Below, piece by piece: positions 1-5,195 of a stretch of 5,908 nucleotides of DNA. Source of the stretch: Fonticula alba ATCC 38817 (Eukaryota > Protista > Nucleariida); assembly GCA_000388065.2 (NCBI GenBank), contig KB932205.1, one strand, 5' to 3'. Each line of letters opens with the position of its first letter. The first letter of the stretch is position 1. The notes under the pieces are model-generated. The model ran no database searches and had not been told where the DNA came from. It saw only the letters and a list, made by a program, of their open reading frames with translations. Both the position numbers and the translations under genes were made by a program.

Positions 1-313
1 GGGGCCCTGTCCTGCGTGTCCGCCTGCCCGGCCGGGCTGTTCGCCCAGCTGGGCGAGTGCGCCGAGTGCGCGGCGGACTGCCACACGTGCACCGGACCGG
101 AGCCGGCCGACTGCCAGGCTACCTGGTGCGAGATGGAGGACACGTGCGAGGCCGAGCGCAACCGGGCCCTGGCCATCGGGCTCGGGGTGGGCCTCAGCCT
201 GCTGTTCCTGCTGCTGCTCATTGCCCTCGTGGTGTTTGTGCTGCTTCGTCGTCGCCGGAAGAAGAAGACCGCCCCGGAGAATGTGGACATGAGCAACTTC
301 GACAATGTCATTG
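1..313 (+). CDS. Gene A, 5'-partial coding exon: type I membrane protein with furin-like Cys-rich repeats, TM helix and short basic tail
   Basis: Frame 1 is open from base 1: GALSCVSACPAGLFAQLGECAECAADCHTCTGPEPADCQATWCEMEDTCEAERNR-ALAIGLGVGLSLLFLLLLIALVVFVLL-RRRRKKKTAPENVDMSNFDNVI. It shows CxxxC/CxxC spacing of FU repeats, a 27-aa hydrophobic segment (166-246), a positive-inside stop-transfer cluster (247-267) and strong G/C third positions. Ends at the donor G|GTACGT. Confidence 0.92.
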
Positions 314-474
314 GTACGTGCCCATCGGGCCTGGCCCCACTCCTTGTCCTGTGGTGCTTTGCGCCCCCGTGCACCTTACTGACCCGTGGAATCGGCTGTG
401 CTGCCTTTTTTTTTGTCGCCCCACCCCCCCTTTTCCTTGGCTCTTGTCTGCCGCCACCCTTTCCGCCATCGCAG
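314..474 (+). other. Spliceosomal intron 1 of gene A (161 nt, phase 1)
   Basis: Donor GTACGT at 314, branch-like TACTGAC at 377-383, pyrimidine-rich body with no AG dinucleotide until CGCAG at 473-474. Confidence 0.8.
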
Positions 475-479
475 ATTGA
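475..479 (+). CDS. Gene A probable terminal coding exon portion (G|AT = Asp, then TGA)
   Basis: Joining G313 to A475-T476 gives GAT, followed by TGA at 477-479, so the C-terminus is ...SNFDNVID*. The next CAG acceptors (501, 528) also stop by TGA 537-539. Confidence 0.6.
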
Positions 480-562
480 TGGCCACCGGCTGTGACCGCA
501 GAGAAGAGGCCCGACCTTCATCCCACAGCCGGACTGTGATTCGCCCTCCATCATGCGGCCAG

Positions 563-583
563 CCCCCCCCCCTCCCCCCCCCC
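563..583. repeat. C10-T-C10 homopolymer tract (G4/i-motif-capable)
   Basis: Directly read. Confidence 0.9.
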
Positions 584-605
584 GAAGGGATTCCTCCCCG
601 CGCAG

Positions 606-745
606 GTAAGGCCCTCGCTTCACCTGGCCGTGGGTTCCCAGCGCTGCTCTGCCATTTGCCCCTTTCCGGCAGACCTGGCAAGCTCAATAGCAATGCCTCC
701 TTGACCCCTGTTTGCTTGGTTTTGTGTGTGTGTGTCCTCTTTCAG
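606..745 (+). other. Probable spliceosomal intron 2 (140 nt), downstream of gene A's predicted stop
   Basis: Near-consensus donor CAG|GTAAGG, branch-like CTTGAC at 700-705, no AG afterwards until TCCTCTTTCAG|G at 745, with (TG)6 upstream of the pyrimidine tract. Confidence 0.65.
723..735. repeat. (TG)6T microsatellite
   Basis: Directly read, inside candidate intron 2. Confidence 0.9.
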
Positions 746-1495
746 GCCGATGTATGCCCATGTGCAAACGACAGGAGCCGGCATGTTGCCCGCGGGAGAC
801 CCGACGCCGGACGAGGTCGTGCCCGGCCTTTCGCCCGGCGGGCCCCGTGCGTGTGCGCTGGTCCATGGCAGCCAGATGCCCGGAGCCGTGTGCCGTGTCC
901 ATACGAGGCTGCACGGATCGCACGCCTGCTCAGGCTGGCACTCGTGCCAGGCTCTCCCGTTGCCAGGAGGAGGGGGGGGGGCATATAGCCAGGGCGCGGC
1001 CACCGGGCGCCGGCACGGGACCGCGAGCCGAGGTTTCCTTTCGCCGGTCCAGGGGGCTCCCCATCCCCGGCGGCGCTCGTTGGCAGGACTATGCTCCGAG
1101 CGCAGGTCGACACCGTGCGAGCCATGTCTCAGCCGGTAGCCTGGCCAGCGGCCGCCCGGGCGCCGGTGGTGGCTCCCTCGAGTGTGATGGCCCTGCCAGG
1201 CCTGGAGGCTGTTCCCAAGGGGGAGAGGCCGGCCACGGGTGCCTCCTGTGGCAGGATCCACTGGCCGGTGGCCGCCGGCAGGGTGCCTTTTGTGCGGAAA
1301 GGATTGCGCCGGGCCGCCAGAAAGTGCGAGGACCCCGGGGGCGAAAGCAGCGCGGAACGAGGGGGGAAGGAGGAAAGAAAAGAAGGGGAGGAGGGAACGA
1401 CACGTTGCTGTTGAGGTATTAACCCATAGCAGCGTGGCCACGCTCGGCATGCCCCTGGTCTGGCCGTGTCCGGCCCACCGTCGCCCCCCTTCGAT

Positions 1496-1633
1496 GTGAG
1501 CTGCCTCCCCTGCCCCTGATTGTCTCGCCCCCGTGCCTCTCTCGTGCTTGTCCCCCTCGCTATCCCTTCCTCTGGCGCGCGCGCGCGCGCGCGCGTGGGC
1601 CGGCATGGGCGCCACCCTCCGGCCACGAGGCAG
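1496..1633 (+). other. Candidate intron 3 (138 nt), no coding context
   Basis: Donor AT|GTGAGC, CTGAT branch-like motif at 1516-1520, pyrimidine-rich 1501-1573, no AG from 1501 to 1627, CAG|G at 1631-1634. Size is similar to introns 1 and 2, but the pyrimidine tract is far from the acceptor and a GAG precedes the CAG. Confidence 0.35.
1575..1595. repeat. (GC)10G perfect alternating repeat
   Basis: GCGCGCGCGCGCGCGCGCGCG read directly; self-complementary. Confidence 0.95.
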
Positions 1634-3762
1634 GCCATGCTGTGTGGATTCCCCGGCGCCTTGGACAATCCCCCGACCGAGGCTGCTCCCCAGGAGGCCC
1701 TCGCCGGGCCCCACTCCATGTGGGGATCTGTCCCCTCTTCGGGGGGGGGGCCTGCAAAAGGGCATGTCCCTCTGGTCTCAGGGAGCCGCCGGGCGTGGTG
1801 CGTCACCGGCTGCCGAGGGATTTGGCGGCCCGGGCTTGAGCCTGCTCATGGGACACATGGCCGGGATTGCCGCAGCGGACGCACGCCTGCCGCAGCGCAT
1901 GCCACCGACCCGAGACACGGTGCCTGCTCGCCGGGCGGCAGGCTCCTTGGCCTGCCTCCCGTGCCCTGGCGCCCTTGCCATCGGCTGGGGGGGGTTTTTT
2001 TTTCCTCGGCACCTCCCCGGAGTGGGGCCAAATGTCCGACCAAAGTGGTGGGCCGGCCCGGGGTCATGCTGGCAGCCGGGGCATTTGCCCGGCGTGCAGG
2101 CACGCGGCCGGGATCGTCCGGCCATCGGCACGCGCCCCCCCCCCCCCGGCACCAGACCGCCAGGCGTATGGGGGTGCTTCCGCTCGCGCGACGGCGTGTA
2201 CTTGGTGCCAGCAGGCTGCCTCCCGGGGAGGATGGCCACCGGGGCCCCTTCCTCGCGGCGAGGGGCAGAGAGGGGCGGCCGCCCGCCAGGTCCAGGGCAG
2301 TTGATCGGCCCCCCCCCGCCCATCTGTTGAGTGCGCGGCGCCCGGGGCTCCCGGCAGTGCATCATATCGCGTTCGGGTGGCACCCTCCACGCCCACCCGG
2401 CATCGGCGTCGGTGGTGCCCTGCCCGGGAACAGATCCGGACGCCGATCGGTCGCCAGCCCGGGGAGGAGGCGGGACCGAGCCTCCGGCGGAACATCGGAG
2501 GCTCGACTTAGGGGAGGCAAGTGCACAGGGGTGTGCGCCTGGGGCCCGGCACCCTGCAAGGCCACAGGCATGGCCCATGCAGAGTGTCGGGGACAAGGGG
2601 CGCAGAAGCGGCGAGGCGGCACCGTCGGAGGGCGAACGGGAGGGGCGGGCACACGCGCGCAAAGCATGTCACGTGCGACACACATGCCCACATCGACCCG
2701 GGGCCAGGGAGCGCCCTTGGTTCTGGTTCGAGCGACCCGTGGCGAGGCCGGCATCGGCGCTGCGCGGCCGCCGGGGGGCCGGGGCCGCTTGCGTGGGCCG
2801 GGCGAGCGGCCCGGGGCGGTGGTGACCCGGAGACGCCCCGGCGCTGGGGGTGCGGCGGCAGCCCGGGCCCTTCGGCGAGCTGCGGCCGCGCCATGCCGGG
2901 GCGGTCGGCCCGCCGCGCGGGAGGCGGGCTGCCCGGGGGCGCGGACGCGAGGAGGGCTGTCTGCCCGCCAGCATGGCACTCGCAGGCCGCAGGACCGCGC
3001 CGATGCCGCGCGAGCAGGCACGCTCGCATGCTGGCGGACGGCGCCGCACGCTCCGCGGGGCCTCCCGCCGGCCCTGCGGCCGGCTGACCCGCCTGCCGTG
3101 GCCGTCGCCCCCGCGGCCGCATGTCGAGGCGCGCTGCGACGATTGCCGTGCCTGCGCGTGTGGTGCTCCCCCGGCTGCCGCTCGGTCTCCACGCCCCCGG
3201 CCGGTGGCCACTCATGCGAGCCGGGCCAAGCCTGGCGGCTCCTCTGAGCACGATATCCCGCCGCGGCCTCGATTGCTGCTGCCACTTGAGATGGCTCTCC
3301 ATGGCTGGCGTGCGGGCGCAGCCCGGGGGCTCATATGTTGCCTGGGCGGCGGGCATCGCCGTGCGCCCGCGCCGATGTGCGCGCACCCGGGGCGGGGGGG
3401 AGCGGCCGGCGGGTGCGACCCGTGCGCCGAAGGTCCGGGCCCGAGGATGTGGCGGTGCGGGATGGATGCCTGCTCAAAAAAATGCACGCCCGGGCCGCCA
3501 TGGCCCGGCGCCGGCCGGGCCGAGCCGAGCCCCCGGGGCAGGAGCGCGCGGGGACCCGTTTTCGCGCGGCCATCGCCTCGCCGGGAGTCGCAGCGCCCCC
3601 GTCCGGCGGATCCCACACGAGGGGCGCACCTTGAGAGGGGGGGTTCCGGCGGCCAGGCGACGGGGGGCGGAGGATGTCGCCTGGCGAGGCCCGGGGCCCG
3701 CTCAAACACGGTGTCCGAGCGCGGCAACCCGGGCCCGGACGCCGAGGAGGATCTTCGCCCCC

Positions 3763-3785
3763 CGCTCGCTCGGTCGCTCGCTCGC
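3763..3785. repeat. Imperfect (CGCT)n tetranucleotide repeat
   Basis: CGCT CGCT CGGT CGCT CGCT CGC. Confidence 0.85.
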
Positions 3786-3979
3786 GGGCTCCCCCCCCCC
3801 CCCCGGGAGGCGCTCTGGAAAAGTCCGCAGCCGGGTCCGCGCCCTCCCCGCCGCGGGAGGACCGCCGCCGAAAGGCGAACCCTCGCGGCCCCCGGTCGCC
3901 CCAACCCCTGGCGGATATTCCAGCGGCGTCGCCCACAAAATGACTCGCCCCCGGGGTGATCCCCCCCCCCGGCGGCCGA

Positions 3980-3997
3980 GCCGCCGCCGCCGCCGCC
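3980..3997. repeat. (GCC)6 trinucleotide repeat
   Basis: Directly read. Confidence 0.9.
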
Positions 3998-4420
3998 GCG
4001 CTCGGGCCGCCTGCCGGCAGCAAGGCCAACCGGCCGGCAGTCGAGTTGCCTCCCGCCTCCCGGGTTCGTGAGCGCCGAGCGAATGGCCCATCCGCGGCCC
4101 GGCCCGGGGGGCCTTCTTTCGAGGGCCCCGACCCGAGGCCCACACCCCCGGGCCGGCCGCTCCCCATCACACGCGCCAACCCGGGGATCGCCCTGCTCCT
4201 CGCCGGGCCCCTATTCGTCCGCCACCGGCGCCCTCGAGGAGGGGGGGGCATCTGCCTGCCGCGCGCACGCGGCCGATCACACACCGGGGCAAATGCATAA
4301 CAAGGGTTCGCGATCGCCCGGCCGGCGCCCCCCGCCCCCCGGAAAGCGCGGGCCCCGCCGCACACACACGCCCACGCGTGGGGGCCGACCAGAGAAACAC
4401 ACGGCCGGAGCCCCGCACCC

Positions 4421-4496
4421 CCGGAGTAATATACACTCGCCATAACCGGCTGGCCCTCCCTCATCCCGTACTAATATACGCCCCCCCTTGCCCAAT
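4421..4496 (+). promoter_or_regulatory. Candidate upstream regulatory cluster of gene B: two TAATATAC motifs plus CCAAT
   Basis: TAATATAC at 4427-4434 and 4472-4479, CCAAT at 4492-4496; an AT-rich island in otherwise very GC-rich DNA about 600 nt upstream of the ATG. Function is inferred only. Confidence 0.3.
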
Positions 4497-4620
4497 GGCC
4501 CGAGCGCCTCCGAGAGATTGTCCCCGAACGGGAGGGGGCTTCTTTTCCCCCCCTCGCCGGCGCCCGCCCACCCCTGAGGACACCATCCGCGGAAATGGCT
4601 CCCGCGCGGGGTCCGCCCGA

Positions 4621-4628
4621 GTCACGTG
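4621..4628. promoter_or_regulatory. GTCACGTG extended E-box (bHLH-ZIP type site)
   Basis: Matches the RTCACGTG consensus of Cbf1/USF/TFE-family factors; about 450 nt upstream of gene B's ATG. Confidence 0.25.
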
Positions 4629-4711
4629 CCCCGATCCCCCGAACGGGTAGCCCGGCACACTCGGGTGTGTTTGCGCCTGCCGGGCGGGCGCGGCCGGCCG
4701 GTCCCCCCGGC

Positions 4712-4732
4712 GCCGCCGCCGCCGCCGCCGCC
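4712..4732. repeat. (GCC)7 trinucleotide repeat
   Basis: Directly read. Confidence 0.9.
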
Positions 4733-4852
4733 ACTCCCGCTAGTCCGGCGCCTCTGCGGGCCGGCGCCCGGGCACACGGTCCCCCCGGCCGTGTGCCCGC
4801 CACCTTGGTCGGGGGCGGCGTATGCGCCGGCCCGCGAGCGCAGCCGCCTGAA

Positions 4853-4906
4853 CCCCCCCCCCCCCCCCACCCCCCCCCCCCCCCCCACACACACACACAG
4901 ACACAC
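4853..4906. repeat. C16-A-C17 tract followed by (AC)6-AG-ACACAC
   Basis: Directly read; homopolymer lengths next to a gap may be inexact. Confidence 0.85.
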
Positions 4907-4919
4907 CGACTGGCAGATG

Positions 4920-4990
4920 NNNNNNNNNNNNNNNNNNNNNNNNNNNNNNNNNNNNNNNNNNNNNNNNNNNNNNNNNNNNNNNNNNNNNNN
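4920..4990. other. Assembly gap (71 N)
   Basis: Run of N with poly-C tracts close on both sides. Confidence 1.
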
Positions 4991-5051
4991 CCCCCCCCCT
5001 CTGCCCCTCCTGCTCCTCCCCCTCCCCTTCCGCCGCTTTCCCCCCGCCACC

Positions 5052-5075
5052 GCTGCTGCTGCTGCTGCTGCTGCT
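5052..5075. repeat. (GCT)8 / CTG trinucleotide repeat immediately before gene B's ATG
   Basis: (GCT)8-GCC-ATG read directly. Confidence 0.95.
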
Positions 5076-5078
5076 GCC

Positions 5079-5195
5079 ATGCCCGAACCAGGCAGGAGGC
5101 CGCCCTCCCGCCGCCCGGGCTTCCGGAAGGGCCTGCTCCTGCTGGCCCTGCTGGCCGTCCTGTCGCTGATGGTCCTGCTCCCGGCCGCCACGGCG
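5079..5195 (+). other. Predicted signal peptide of gene B (aa 1-39)
   Basis: Basic n-region, Leu-rich h-region L19-L34, A-T-A cleavage motif before NEEC. Confidence 0.75.

Noticed and set aside
16-495. ORF-track 159-aa protein as a complete gene
   Set aside because: The start is an internal GTG (Val) in a frame open from base 1. The part after 313 reads through an intron (Phe/Pro/Leu-rich from the pyrimidine tract).
1731-1748. cUUCGg tetraloop hairpin
   Set aside because: The stem is simply a C-run pairing with a G10 homopolymer, with no further RNA-gene features.
1868-1897. TGCCGCAGCG direct repeat at 20-nt spacing; CRISPR-like arrays
   Set aside because: Only two short copies, no regular repeat-spacer array anywhere, no cas genes, and a eukaryotic context.
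1788-2003. SRP/7SL-like 5' end GCCGGGCGTGGTG with downstream T9 as a Pol III terminator
   Set aside because: The match is only 13 nt, the Alu-domain UGU(NR) and helix-8 motifs are absent, and the span is too short.
2725-2733. tRNA T-loop/B-box-like GGTTCGAGC
   Set aside because: No pairing T-stem, cloverleaf or A box.
1520-3247. 575-aa ORF and the many overlapping 100-380-aa ORFs in 620-4900
   Set aside because: Arg/Gly/Pro/Ala-dominated, no domain motifs, no third-position bias like genes A and B, and several frames open at once. This is expected from stop-codon scarcity at this GC content.
4053-4067. 15-nt match to an Alu right-arm segment (CCGCCTCCCGGGTTC)
   Set aside because: Flanks do not align and there is no poly(A) or target-site duplication; a chance match in GC-rich DNA.
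4469-4504. TACTAAT as an intron branch point
   Set aside because: The next AG is in a GAG context, with no convincing acceptor or upstream donor.
480-4919. Kinase exons or pseudo-cassettes of FU repeats in the spacer
   Set aside because: No kinase motifs or regular CxxC periodicity in the translated frames, so cassette-type assembly from local donors is unsupported.
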